NCBI GenBank assembly: GCA_951406725.2
Contig: OX597839.1
Span: forward strand, 2,232,001-2,296,000
Source: Octopus vulgaris
Taxonomy: Eukaryota
Reading direction: 5' to 3'
DNA: 64,000 bases
Positions 43,301-58,524 of this stretch are shown here, one piece after another. Each line of letters opens with the position of its first letter. Within the stretch, counting starts at the first letter, position 1. The translations under genes and the position numbers were made by a program. The notes under the pieces were generated by a model. The model saw only the letters and a program-made list of their open reading frames with translations. It made no database searches and had not been told where the DNA came from.

Positions 43301-43863
43301 CCATTTTTCAATGCTACATTGCAATATGTGAAACGGTCTTTAGATATTTATTCGTGAGTAAACATACACTCATATAAATAATATACATAAATAAATGAGA
43401 TACACACGACAAAGACACGACAAACATACACAGCAAACGGACGTACACTGACGCACACCAAACGCATAAACACACACACACGATGCACAACATATAACTA
43501 ACACAAACACATACAGTAAACGCACGCACACAAATACATATACACACACATAAATATCGACTCACATACACAGCAAATATACACACACAACTAATACAGT
43601 GAAAGCTCACATACGCACACACGACAAATACTCACACGTACACAGATATTGCCCCCAATAACTGGAACACAATGCTCTTCAAAATTGTTGCCAGGAACTG
43701 CAGCAGACTGAAACAGTTCTGGAAGGAAGCTGGAGAAAAATTATCGATTTTTTTACAACAGAATATCTGAAACATGATCGAAGCAGTAGCTGCCATACAC
43801 TTTAGTGGTTGGATAAAGATATTACCTTTTGAAATGGTATGACATGACACAGAACTTGTTTGT

Positions 43864-44265
<402 letters not shown>

Positions 44266-45119
44266 GGAGGGAGTGAGGGAGGGAGGGAGGGAGGGAGATA
44301 GGGAGAGAAAGAGAGAGAGAATGAATGGTTGATTGACTGATAGAAAGAAAGTGAGGTATAAAAAAGAAAGAAGTGGAAAAGAAATATAGAAAGTGAGTGA
44401 GAGAGAGAGAGAGAAAGAGAGAGAGAGGGGGAGAGAGAGAGAAAAGAGAGTTAGAGAAGGAGAAAGTGAGATAATGAAAGCCATTAGAATGTTTGAGTAA
44501 TCTCTGAATACCTGTTAGGAGGTGTATAGATTAGCGTATTAGGATGATAAGTGGTTGATGGGTTATCTATAGAAACATCGATGTTTGCTCGTATGGACTC
44601 TCTCACAGATAATATTCAACGTATAACCTTATAAGATGATAATTTAATTCCTGGTGTAGATGACAATCAAATTTGCTTTAGTGAGCACAAATTCATGAAT
44701 GGTTCCTCATCTTCTTCCAGTTTTAAACGGCAATTTTTACATCGATTCAAGATTTTTTTTTAAACTAATTTGATAATAATTTAAAAGTTTATTACAAGCT
44801 CGTTTAAAGTACGGGTTTTTTGGGGGTTTTTTTTTACCAAAAGCTCAAGACTAATCATTGATTGGTTCATCGTGTCGTCGTCAAATGAGAAAAAGAATGG
44901 ACGAAAAATATGGAAAATCTTCTGATTAGAAAAATTCAGTGAAACAAACCAATCAATCTTTTTTTCCTTCCCTGTTTTATATCTGTAAGAATGTTTATCA
45001 GTGTGTCATCGAAACAAAATCATTGCAGGTAATGTTCTTATTCGAGAGAGTCTGTTCAGCAACTTTGGTCAACCATTATCGTTTCGTATCTTCCATCTTT
45101 TCTTTATATTTTACATGTC

Positions 45120-45595
45120 TCAATCATTGAACTGAGGCCATGCTAGGGCGCCGCCTTCAAGGGTTTAGTCGAACAAATCACCCTCAGTACGTATTCTTTT
45201 AAACAGTTTGGTGGCTATTCTATCGGACTCTTTTGGTGAACTACTAAGTCACTGGGAGAGTAAACAAGCCAACACCGGTTTTCACGTGGCTGGGAGATGA
45301 CACACACACACTCACACACACTCACGCACACACATATATATGTTTACGACGGGCTTCTGCACAGTTTCCGTCTTTTCTTTTTTTTTTTACTTGTTCCAGT
45401 TATTAGACTGCGACCGTGCTGGGGCATTATCTCGAAGAATTTTAGTCGAATGACTCGATCCCAGTACTTATTTGTTTTTAAGCGCGGTACTTATTCTGTC
45501 GAGCCTTTTTGCCGAAGCGCTAAGTTACGAAGACGTAAACACATCAGGACTGGTTGTCAATCGGTGGTAGGGGAGAAACAGACACAAAGACGCAC
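45120..45595 (-). mobile_element. Two degenerate SINE A tails plus a head fragment
   Basis: Similarity to the 11023-11439 copy. Confidence 0.7.
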
Positions 45596-45626
45596 AGAGA
45601 TATATACATATACATACATGCCTATA

Positions 45627-45736
<110 letters not shown>

Positions 45737-45953
45737 ATTCAAAAAGAACGAACCGATTCCATTACGCAATAATCTAATAAGGAAAAGCTAGAGAAAACTC
45801 CAGCTAAGGCACAAGTATTTACTCACAATCAACTTTTATTTCCTGTCTAACAAGTGCTCAATGTGGCTACCTACTAACCTCGATGACCTTAAGCATCGAA
45901 TAACAACAGCGATCAACTCGTGATATGCGATATGGCTGGGAGGAATCAGTTGT

Positions 45954-46012
45954 GGGAAGGATAAGTCGAATATATCGATACAAGGTATCGATATATTCGA
46001 CCTATCCTTCCC
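45954..46012. repeat. 28-bp-arm hairpin (3-nt loop)
   Basis: gggaaggataagtcgaatatatcgatac-aag-gtatcgatatattcgacctatccttccc, with 1 mismatch. Confidence 0.92.
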
Positions 46013-46419
46013 TCCAAAATTTCAGCCTTGGGACGGGTGATATTTAAGTTGTTGTTTAGCGCAAGTTAGACCTAATAGAAAACGCCTATGTTCCAGCTGT
46101 GACCATCCCGTTTTCTTTGACAGACATAATTTGTATCGAGAAGATTATATTATTCAATCCCCTGTTGTATTTAACATCGAAAAACACGCACGAGGTGGTC
46201 ACAGCTTTAGCAAGTTTCTTTCAGGTGAAACTACAACAACAGCAACAACAAATACTACTACTACTACTACTACAATCACCACCACCACCACCACTACTAT
46301 CACCACCACCACCACCATTACTACTACTACTATTACTACTAGTACTACAACAAGTTGTATCAGTTGTAGTAGTGGTACTGCTGCTGCTGTTATGACATAC
46401 TATAAGAAGAAGTAGTATC

Positions 46420-46466
<47 letters not shown>

Positions 46467-46554
46467 TGGTGGTGGTGGTGGTGGTAGGAGTATTAGTAGT
46501 AGTGCTGCCGCTATTACTACTACTGCTGCTACTAATACTGTTGCTTATTCTACA

Positions 46555-46604
<50 letters not shown>

Positions 46605-47299
46605 AGCTGCTGCTGCTACTGCTACTGCTACTGCTGCTGCTGCTACTACTACTACTACTACTACATAAATAAAACCCTTGCCTCAGTTAAATTAGTCCTG
46701 GATAAACACGTTGTCTGAAAAAGAAAAAGACAGGATGGTCACAGTTGGAGCAAGAATGACCAGCTGGTAACAATACCTTTCACCAATTTTCCTATTTGAA
46801 AAGGAAATCTTTCCCGAAATATTATAGGATTATTAAAGAACGCATGTAAAATAATGCACCATCTTTAACTCTTTATTTTCATGTATTGACATCATCATTC
46901 ATATTTGCCTAATTTTTCATCGGTATTGCAGTTTTAGGAACCTAAATTTTCATTCCAAGCACTTTTCAAATTATGATTTAAAAATTTCGTGAGTTACATT
47001 TTTAACTTTGTCGTACGTCAACAGAATATTCAAAATAATATAATTTCACGTGCTTACAGTACATTCACTTGAAGACTCACTGATATAATAGGTTGTGAAA
47101 TTGACAGGTACATACATGTATATGTGTATATGAGTGTATACATACCTTCAACTAATTAACCATTTGCATCTGTATGTACTCGTATGCTTCAGCAGTTTGC
47201 ATGTCTATGTATGTATGTATGTATGTATGTATGTATGTATGTATGTATGTATGTATGTATGCATGTATATATATATATATATGTATGTATGTATGTATG

Positions 47300-47347
<48 letters not shown>

Positions 47348-47382
47348 CATACATATATATATATATGTATATATATACATAC

Positions 47383-47434
<52 letters not shown>

Positions 47435-48483
47435 GTATGTCTGTCTCCATTCTAATTGTACAAACGTATATATATATACTTCATATTTATACTCATATAA
47501 TATTTTTGTATAGTAATCATGTAACAAAAACGATAAATTATTCTAGAAATTTTCATGACAAAAACATCAAAAGATCTCTGTTTATATTTCCTGAGGTGCA
47601 TAATCTGGTGATATACGGAAACATTTGCAACATGAAGAACCCGAATACGCTTAGTTTCCTTGGTAAAAATCCTTCCAGATCTACATGAACCACCAAAATT
47701 AACATTTAAAATAGAATTTGAAGATAACTTTTAGAAATGAGTTGTTCAAGTAATTATAGTCATATATAATGCGCAATTACAACAATACTTCTTTTGTGTA
47801 AAGCAATTAGCAGGAAAACGAGCGTCATTAGGGTGGAGTGTGAAAACTAACAACCACTTGTAAGATATTGATAAATGTAATTGGCCAAGAAGAAAAAGAG
47901 AAATGAAAGTATCAGAGGAAAGTGAAAGGAGCATGAAAGAAGTGTTATGGAAAGAAGTTGATATATTTATTACTGAGGAATAATAGATTAGTATTTATGG
48001 TTATGTGAATAATTAGTTTAATGAAGACAAAGACACAAAGAGGAGATAAATGTGAGGTCAGAATTTTCGAAGTACTGAAGAAGAATGTAAGTATAAATTA
48101 GGAAGTAAGCTACAGAAATATAAAGAAGATGAAGGGAAATTAAGAATTATAAGGTGGATAAGTATGCAAGGATGTATGTATATTAACACATATACATCTA
48201 CATATATATAGAGTCAACGGCTATTGAAAAGGCTGTAAGAAGCAACGAAAATTTTAGAAAAAAATAAGTAAGTAAATGAGTGGAAATCGAACCGATGAGT
48301 GTGTTAATTAATAAGACATTAAAATAGAATGACTTTCCCCAGACATAATAAAAGGTGCTTCAATACACGAATTCATACAAAGAAATACATACATACACAC
48401 ACATACATATATATATATACATATATATATGTATATACATGTGTGTGTATATATATATATATTTATATATGCATACATATTTA

Positions 48484-48576
<93 letters not shown>

Positions 48577-48622
48577 TGTATGTATGTATGTATGTATGTA
48601 TGTATGTATGTATGTATGTATA

Positions 48623-49099
48623 TAGAACACACTTACACAATGTATGTGTTTTGTTACATTGCCGGGGTCGGTTGCGATTTGAGTCGTTGGAGGTGACTCT
48701 TTCAAAGTCCCGAGTGTTAAAACACCTGAAAGTCAGTCATAAGCAAACAAGGCAACTCACGCCAAATTCCGTTCAGGAGCGATGGGCATCGGTGTTTCGT
48801 CATTTTTGTGCCTTATCAATATCACGTACCCGAATCGAACCCGATGCAAATTGAATAGCCTGTCCATGACTATATATATATAAAATGGGGTAAAAACGAT
48901 CTGTTGGTATGCTCGCCATGAAATAGCAGTTTGGCAGCAACGAAATTTGGCGGAGTTTGGCGTGAGTTTCCTTGTTTGCTTATGACTGACTTTCAGGTGT
49001 TTTAACACTCGGCACTTTGAGAGAGTCACCTCCAACGACTCAAATCGCAACCGACCTCGGCAATGTAACAAAACACATACATTGTGTATGTATGTTCTA
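48623..49099. mobile_element. MITE/foldback-like element with ~149-bp inverted arms
   Basis: Arms 48623-48771 and 48951-49099. The ORF track shows the same peptide ([23 protein letters not shown]) on both strands. Confidence 0.9.
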
Positions 49100-49693
49100 C
49101 ATACATACATACATACATACATACATACATACATAAACCCCAAACTTCTAATAAGTTCTGCGGTCGATTTGATCAATGAAAACCTTTCAAGAATGCGGCC
49201 CGATATGGCCGCAGTCCAATGAAAGAAAACAAATTTAAAAAAATGTAAAAACATATACTCAACAACGTCAGGTCTCTTCTTTGTGAAGCGTATTTCAAAC
49301 ATAGCGATATACTTACAGACTAGAAATTTAATAATGATGAACGTGACGATCGTTATAACGATGATGATGGTGATGTGGGTGATCATGTATGATGACCGAC
49401 ATCATCAACATCATCATCATCATCATCATTTTCATTATTATCATCAAGAACAACAATAACAACATTAACAACAACAAAAAAACCAAAACAAGCAAAATAA
49501 ACTGATGATAATGCAAAAAAGAAACAGAATGAGAGGAAACCAACAAACAAAACCGACACAAAACAGGTTCTGCTAATAAATCGATACCTCAACAAAAAAA
49601 CTTTATAGACGAAGTGTACAACAACGTCATTCAATAACCGACTGATCAAAATAATAATCAATGATTGAACCTTTACTTTTTACCTATTAATAC

Positions 49694-49777
<84 letters not shown>

Positions 49778-49799
49778 ATATATATATACATACATATAC

Positions 49800-49861
<62 letters not shown>

Positions 49862-49992
49862 GTAGACATATATACATATATGTATGTATATACATATATG
49901 TGTATACATATATATATATGTACATATATACATTTATATATATAATATATATATATACATATATATATATATACATATATATACACATATAC

Positions 49993-50056
<64 letters not shown>

Positions 50057-50172
50057 ACTATTCTTACTGTTTTTCCTCATTCGATTTTTGTGTAAACTCT
50101 TTATGTAACCTGCCCTTGTAATGCTCTCTTCATTCAACGCCTTGTGGCAAATAAAACTAATCATCATCATCA

Positions 50173-50263
<91 letters not shown>

Positions 50264-50269
50264 CATTGC

Positions 50270-50445
50270 TAAGGCCAGCAATTTCCGGGGAGAAGGTAAG
50301 TCGATTATACCGGTCACAGTGCTCAACTGCCGAGAGAACGAAAGGCAAAGTCGACCTCGGCGCAATTTGAACTCAGAATGTAAAGACGGGCGAAATGGCG
50401 CTAAGCATTTTACCCAGTGTGCTAACGATTCTGCCAACTCACCGC

Positions 50446-50447
<2 letters not shown>
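50270..50447 (-). mobile_element. SINE B variant after (ATT)n
   Basis: gaaaggcaaagtcgacctcggcg...ctgccaactcaccgc. Confidence 0.8.
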
Positions 50448-50477
<30 letters not shown>

Positions 50478-50479
50478 CA

Positions 50480-50510
<31 letters not shown>

Positions 50511-51254
50511 TCATATATATATATATGAATAAATGAAAGAATGGAGTCGAACGAAGATGTTAACAAAATTCCTTTACTCTCGACACATGTTTCTCTTCTG
50601 ACGTGAATTTGCTACCCAGGTTTCGGTTAAACGAATTTTCCATGCTGACGATAAACATAGGATAATTCATTCACCTACACATATATATATATATGACGGG
50701 CTTCTTTCAGCTTCCATCTACCAAATCCACCCACAAGGTTTTGGTCGAGCCTAGGTTATGCTAGAAGATACTTAGACAACGTGTCATGTAGACAGACTGA
50801 ACCAGAAACCATGCGGTCAGGAAACTAACTTCTTACCACACTGCCTGCGTCCATATATACTTTCAAACATATAAGGGATGGCTATAATAGGACATCCGAC
50901 TCACTAGAAAGAGCAGCTAAACTCCAAACCACTAATAGTTGTAATTTTGAAATGGAAAGAGAAATAAAAACGTTTACTCTTTCCTTTCTGGACTATGCAT
51001 AGTTTCGGCAATCTTTTGTAAATAAATAAAATTAAATTAAATTTATTTACCACTGGCGTTGCACTCATCAGCAGAAAAGCCAAGGACTACCATATATTCA
51101 CGAGGCGATAACGAGCATGCCTCGAGTCTTTATGCTATAAATTTTCAAAATCCACCGCATTCGCGCGGTTTACTCAGCAGTAAATATAAACTGCCGATTT
51201 AATTTCAAAATTAGCCAAAAAATCATTAATTAATAGATTTATTAATTAATGCGT

Positions 51255-51327
<73 letters not shown>

Positions 51328-51710
51328 TATACATATACTATGTGGAGTGTTAATCGAAATTTAGCCGTCGGCTAAATTTCACTCACAAGGATATTATTAC
51401 ACAACGCCCGTCTAAAGCTGAGGTCTTTTGCCCAAAGTCCCTCACTTTTGCCCAAAGTCCCTCAAGCATCACATGATTACGAAGTGAACACCTTAATCAA
51501 ACTGGCATGCCTGCTTTTATGGTGTTAAGCAATAAACAAGATCAGCAACAACGATGCTTTAAACAAAAGTGCGTCATACCAGACACTTCCAGGTGTTATG
51601 GTTAGAGAGACACCAACAAAAGGCGTTTGCACAACAAACGTGTTAAAAGCCATTAACTACTTGATGTAAACACTTTGTGAAAACACTTACACAGACTTTA
51701 TATGGTAACT

Positions 51711-51759
<49 letters not shown>

Positions 51760-51912
51760 GATCTTTCTGTCTCTATCTCTTATGTCCTTCTTTCTCTCTC
51801 TTTCTCTCTCACTCGCGCTCTCTTCCTCTTTGAGTGTTTGTGTGTGCGTGAGTGTGCATATCTTCTCTGGGTGTATTTTGTATGTCTGTGTATATGTATG
51901 AGTGCATGTATG

Positions 51913-51944
<32 letters not shown>

Positions 51945-52407
51945 CAACACTCAAACACACACATATATATACATAAATATCAATATACATATATAAAATT
52001 ATATGTGCATATGTATGTATGTATGTGTATGTATATATGTATGACTGTATATACATGTATACATTCATACGCATATGTATATATATATATATATATACAA
52101 TGTATATATATATATATAAACAAATCTATATATATTCATATATATACATATATATGTACATACATATATGTGTGTGTATGTGAGTGTGTATGTGCGTATA
52201 TGTACGTTCATAAGTATGTATGGATGTACGTACGCACGTACGTGCATATGTTCGTATGTACGTAGGTAAGTATGTATGTGTGTATATAGTTGTGGTTTAT
52301 ACACAGGTGTGAAATGCAATTAAGCGGAAAAAGTCCTATTAGAGTGGGAAATGATTATTTATTCAAAGCTGGGCCTGCGTGAGATGCAACTCGGAGTTAA
52401 TAATGTT

Positions 52408-52507
52408 ACACACACACACACACATCCATAGATATACATTTACACGTGTAGACAAACACATGCATTTAAGCACATACACACACACATGCACACATATATA
52501 TGTTTGT

Positions 52508-52583
<76 letters not shown>

Positions 52584-52775
52584 CATATATGTATACATAT
52601 ATGCATATATATATATATATATATATACAAATATATACATATATATATGTATGCATGTGTGTGCATGTATATGCGTTTCACGTGCACATATACACACACA
52701 CACATCCATAGATACACATTTACACATGTAGACAAACACATGCATTTAAGCACATACACACATATATATGTTTGT

Positions 52776-52862
<87 letters not shown>

Positions 52863-52935
52863 TACAAATATATACATATATATATATATGTATGCATGTG
52901 TGTGCATGTATATGCGTATCACGTGCACACATACA
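52408..52935. repeat. Tandem duplication of a compound-microsatellite block
   Basis: catccatagata..catttacac.tgtagacaaacacatgcatttaagc occurs at about 52423 and 52703. Confidence 0.85.
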
Positions 52936-53791
52936 CACACACACATGTACATACGTACACCTATACATGCATGAAATTTCACTATCATACGATCACACAC
53001 GATGCAGACACGTAGATACACAGACATACACAAATATACACATCTATGCATATAGACAAACGTTACACTTATGCACGCAAGCACACATATATGTATTAAT
53101 GCACATGCGTATGTATGTGTACATGTTCATATGCACTTATGTATGTAGATGTCTATATATTATACACGTATTCAAGTAAGCACTTATACATATACACATT
53201 TAGGTAACACGCACCTATTAGTCAACTGCACGTACTTCAGAAAATGTACTTTTCTCGACTAACAGCAACATTTTACGCTACAAGGATCTCGAAGGAAACC
53301 TCTATCCTAAACACCCGACGCGTTGGAAATAACGACGAAATTACCCTTAAATCACATCTTACAATCCTCAACAAAAGAGGTTACATTGGATGATGTGCTC
53401 TTTTACAAACACTAACTTCAAAAAGCATTCCAGTTTTGACCATTACATCTACAAGGTTTTTGATGAAAGGTCTCTTCGATCAAAGATGTTGTCGGATTAA
53501 TCGAAAGTTTAACCCTAAAGTTTTTTGAAAGGAGAGCGTTGTATCGTGCCTGAAGCATCGTGATAAACAAGTAAAATGACAAAATAACGAAGGCGGAGAA
53601 ATTGTTCTAATACGAAAGGGAGAAAGCTGAATAACCTTTACAATAGAATTAAACAATCAAGAAAAAGCCAAGTTGATCGTTGTCCATATAGGTCCATATT
53701 GTATAGACTCTCATTTCTTTCTATACTATTTATATTAGTCGAACTGGTGTCCTCACCTTGATTTATCTGCTATTAGATTTATCTATTACGC

Positions 53792-54023
53792 TACGAGCGG
53801 GTGCTGAAAATTTCTTGGCTTTAAGGTTAGTGCGAAGGGCCTAGTTGGAGGTCAAACTTTCCGAGTTCTTTAATAGGACTTCGAAAAACTCAAGGACTGT
53901 TACAATGTGTGTATGAATCTGAGAGGGGAATATGGTGAATAAAATCATAATTAACTAATCCTTCTGTATTTTCTCTTACCCAAAGCCAGTAACTTTCTAG
54001 CACCCCTTGTGTGTGCGTGTGTG

Positions 54024-54054
<31 letters not shown>

Positions 54055-54083
54055 GTGTATGTGTGGTGTATATATATGTGTGT

Positions 54084-54141
<58 letters not shown>

Positions 54142-54345
54142 GGTGCAGAAAAGTTCCTGGCTTTAAAGTTATTGCGAACGTTGGAGGCCCAACGCACGAA
54201 GTTCTTTTACAGGTCTTAGAAAAACTGAAGGACCGCTGCAATAAATGTGTGAATCTGAAAAGGGAATATGTTGAATAAAACCATAGTTAAACGATCCTCC
54301 TGTATTTTCTTTTACCCAAAGCCAAAAACTTTCGGGTACCCCTTG
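53792..54345 (+). mobile_element. Two tandem mariner-derived MITEs (53792-54009, 54137-54345)
   Basis: TIRs gggtgc.gaaaa.ttc.tggcttt / aaagcca..aactt...gcaccc. They retain the transposase C-terminus [20 protein letters not shown]. Confidence 0.8.
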
Positions 54346-54360
54346 TATACAGATATATGC

Positions 54361-54393
<33 letters not shown>

Positions 54394-54441
54394 TGTATGT
54401 ATGTATGTATGTATGTATGTATGTATGTATGTATATGTATG

Positions 54442-54523
<82 letters not shown>

Positions 54524-54545
54524 TATATACTTTATTTTAAGCAGC

Positions 54546-54599
54546 AGCAAAAACTGTCTGATGAACGGCAACGAGAAACTCAGAGTAACAGATTTTGTT
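54546..54599 (+). ncRNA. Putative minimal type I hammerhead ribozyme
   Basis: CTGT-CTGATGA-ACGGCAACGA-GAAA-CTC-A-GAG-TA-ACAG has an intact core, a GUA cleavage triplet and an extendable stem I. The stem II closing pair is mismatched. Confidence 0.75.
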
Positions 54600-54694
54600 G
54601 AATTTTTCTGCTGCTTAAAATAAAGCATATTACTCTACCACTGGTATTTGAGTACTCTTTTTTCCACCTTGTTTCACATTTATGTGTTTACTCC

Positions 54695-54754
<60 letters not shown>

Positions 54755-55412
54755 ACTTATAAACAAGGGCAAAAGAAAAAATTCTAATGCTAAATATGCC
54801 GAAAATAGACAAATCGTCAATAACCCATAATTTATCACTATAAGCACGCGTCTCGAAGCACGCTCAGTACTTAAAGAGTACTTAAAGCCAATATTCTTTA
54901 AGAAAGTATTAGATGGAACACCACCACCCTCGGATCATTGGTCGGACTGGTAAAGCCAGACGTAAGATTAAACAACAACAACAACAACAACAACAACATG
55001 ACATTTTACCTTTTATTTTTTTTCCCTATTTCAGTCATTAGACTGCGGCCATGCTGGCGCAAAACCCTCATGAGTTTTGTCGAACAAACGAACCCTACTG
55101 CTTATTTTTTAAAGTTTGATACTTATTCTGTCGGTTGTACTTTTACCGAACCATTAACCAAAACGATTCCTGACTATAATTACCGTCAGCGCACTCAGAC
55201 GGCTCGACTCCCGTAGCCGGCAACTTTTCCTCTCTTATAAGTGTAAATTCCCAGTCGTTCTCTACTGTTCTTACAACCATAATGCGTTCGAAATTTACTC
55301 CCTTATCTGTAAATTACCAAACACATTCGACGCTTCCAAAGTTTGTTTATAAAATGTTGTCACATTCGAAAAAGCTATTATTTAACATTAAAATTGACGG
55401 TGTTTGTTGTCA

Positions 55413-55486
55413 GGGGCCGTTTAGCTTAATGGTAGAATAGCCCGCCGAATTCTAAGGGGTACACGTTCGATTCCCATGGTCGCCTA
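55413..55486 (+). pseudogene. tRNA-like sequence (pseudogene or SINE head)
   Basis: A box TAGCTTAATGG and B box GTTCGATTCC at tRNA spacing, but the stems pair poorly. Confidence 0.5.
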
Positions 55487-55674
55487 CTGGCAACTTTTTC
55501 CGTCTTTCTTTGTTGCTCATACAACTTTACTGCATTTGGTAAAATACCAAACACCCTTTCTACTTCAAAGGTTTGTTTATAATTATATATAATATATATA
55601 AGACAGTCTTCCATGCAGTTTCCGTCTACCACATTCACTCACAAGCCATCAACCATGTCTGCACCTAAACTGCT

Positions 55675-55890
55675 AGAGAGAAACATAATAATATAATTTG
55701 GTCCTCCTCTACAACCATATACGCTTAGCCACAAAAACTCGTATGACGAAAAGATCTTCGTTTCCCTTGTCAAAAATCACCTCCCTAACGGTTATAAAAT
55801 TCATCGTTAGTTCAACAAAAATAACATGAAAGTAACATTTGGCCTGCTAACCGGATATAATTTAATATCAAATATTATTGAGGAACACAC
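55675..55890 (+). mobile_element. Degenerate Penelope-like (Neptune-type) coding fragment
   Basis: Reads NIIW..., IFVSLVKNHLPNGYKIHR*FNKNNMKVTF...NII..H, resembling the PLE RT-EN linker. Confidence 0.6.
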
Positions 55891-56617
55891 ATTGCAGAAA
55901 ATATTTCAAACAGAACGACAAACCGAAATTTAAAAAAAAAAAAGTGAAATTAATTAGAATAAAATAAAAACATTGAAATTCAGTTGCCAAAATATACAAA
56001 ATGAAATGTTCTGCTTTTGACGTCATGGGTCATATGATCGGTAACTAACTTAAATGTTGATGATGATGAGGAGGAGGAGGAGGAGAAGCAGGAGATGGAT
56101 GATGGTGATGGCGGTGGTACTGATGATAGTGGAGGTTGGCTTGGTGGAGGTAGGTATGATGATGATGATGATGATGATGATTGTGATGGTGATGATGAGA
56201 ATAAAAATGATGGTTACGACAACGATGATGAGGATGAGTATGATGATGAGGATGATGATGATGATGAGGATGATGATGATGGCGATGGTCGTGACAGTTA
56301 GTGAAAGTGGCGGTGGTGAAGCTGGTATCGATCATGATTATGGAGGCGGCGATCAGAACCGGTAGTAATAACGATAAAAGAAAAACTGTGCAAAGGAATA
56401 TTTAATTAGAAATAAAGAAAAATGTGACACGAATTAAGATATATACCACACACATATGTACACATACACATACAGGCATACATATATATATATACATACT
56501 TATATAGAAACATACGCACACATATACACAAACGCACGTGCGCGCACCCATACATATACACACATACATATATATATATATATATTATATTCACATATAC
56601 ATAAACACATGTATGTA

Positions 56618-56655
<38 letters not shown>

Positions 56656-56660
56656 GGTAG

Positions 56661-56697
<37 letters not shown>

Positions 56698-56704
56698 AGA
56701 GAGA

Positions 56705-56740
<36 letters not shown>

Positions 56741-56741
56741 C

Positions 56742-56795
<54 letters not shown>

Positions 56796-56854
56796 CTATG
56801 TGTATTTTCCTTTGTTAACAGTTAACACGGAAAAATTATGCGTGTGTGTGTGGT

Positions 56855-56973
<119 letters not shown>

Positions 56974-57359
56974 TAGACAGGCGAGGAGAGAGCGTTTAAA
57001 TATACGCCTGAATTTTCTTGCACGTGTGGAAAGACAACAAATGGAATTTGTGAAATTTAATTACGAAAGTGAAATTGCTTTTAACGCCATATTTCTGCTT
57101 TAATTTCAAATACGATTACATACGCAAACGCACACAAACGGATATCATGTTTGTCTGTGCATGTACACTACACACACACACACAACCACACGCACAAACA
57201 CACACACACTCACACACACACATACACATACACACATGTATACATATATATCTATCTATTCATCTACGTTTCTCCCTCTCTCTCTCTCTCTCTCCCTCTT
57301 TCTTTCTCTCTTTCTTAATCTGTCTATATATAGATATATATATATGTATATACACATTC

Positions 57360-57398
<39 letters not shown>

Positions 57399-57453
57399 CG
57401 ACACATGAACGTACATGTATACATACATACATATATTCATACACACACACATA

Positions 57454-57492
<39 letters not shown>

Positions 57493-57505
57493 AATAAATA
57501 AATAA

Positions 57506-57565
<60 letters not shown>

Positions 57566-57738
57566 ACACACACATATATATATATATATTTATATATATA
57601 TATACATACATACATATATATATATATGTGGCTGTGTGTTTGAGTGTTTGCATGTGAATGTATGAAACGAGTGAAAGGAATATAGTTAATAGAATAAATA
57701 CTAAATGTACAGTTTATACTTTGCATATGTGAATATAA

Positions 57739-57784
<46 letters not shown>

Positions 57785-58144
57785 AGTATATATGCATACT
57801 TATATATTTACCTATGTAAATATATACACACACAAACACACACACACACACACACACATGCACACAGTTCTGTTAATAACCCCGAAAGTAGAGTAAGGAG
57901 AGAGTGAAAAACATAAGTACATCGTACAATATTTGGTGACTAATGATCGAAAGACAGAAACGTAGTGAATTGCCTCGAACTGTAATTATTTTTCTCATGC
58001 TACACAGTAACAGAAATAAATTATCGATGCGCGGTGAATACAGGTATGCGTGTATGTGTATATGTATGTATGCATGTATGTATGTATGTATGTATGTATG
58101 TATGTATGTATGTATGTGTGTGTGTATGTGTGTATGTGTATATG

Positions 58145-58178
<34 letters not shown>

Positions 58179-58473
58179 TGTATGTATGTTTGTATGTGTG
58201 TATGTGTGTATGATTGTTTGCATGCATGTATGTACTTTTGTGTGTAAGTATGTATGCATGTATATATACATATATATATATATTATATATATCTTTTTTA
58301 TGTATGTCATACACACACATATATGTATATATATATATATATATACATATATATACATATATATATATTTATACATACATACATATAGAGAGAGAGACGG
58401 AAAGGGAGAGAGAGTGATATAAACACACATAAACATGTATATGTACATATTTACATCGTAAATATCTTGAATG

Positions 58474-58524
<51 letters not shown>

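Noticed and set aside
56045-56365. His-, Met- or Asp-rich ORFs
   Set aside because: They derive from a (GAT)n microsatellite.
57935-57970. ctaatga-tcgaaagac-agaaacgt hammerhead-like string
   Set aside because: It needs three changes and has no stem I.
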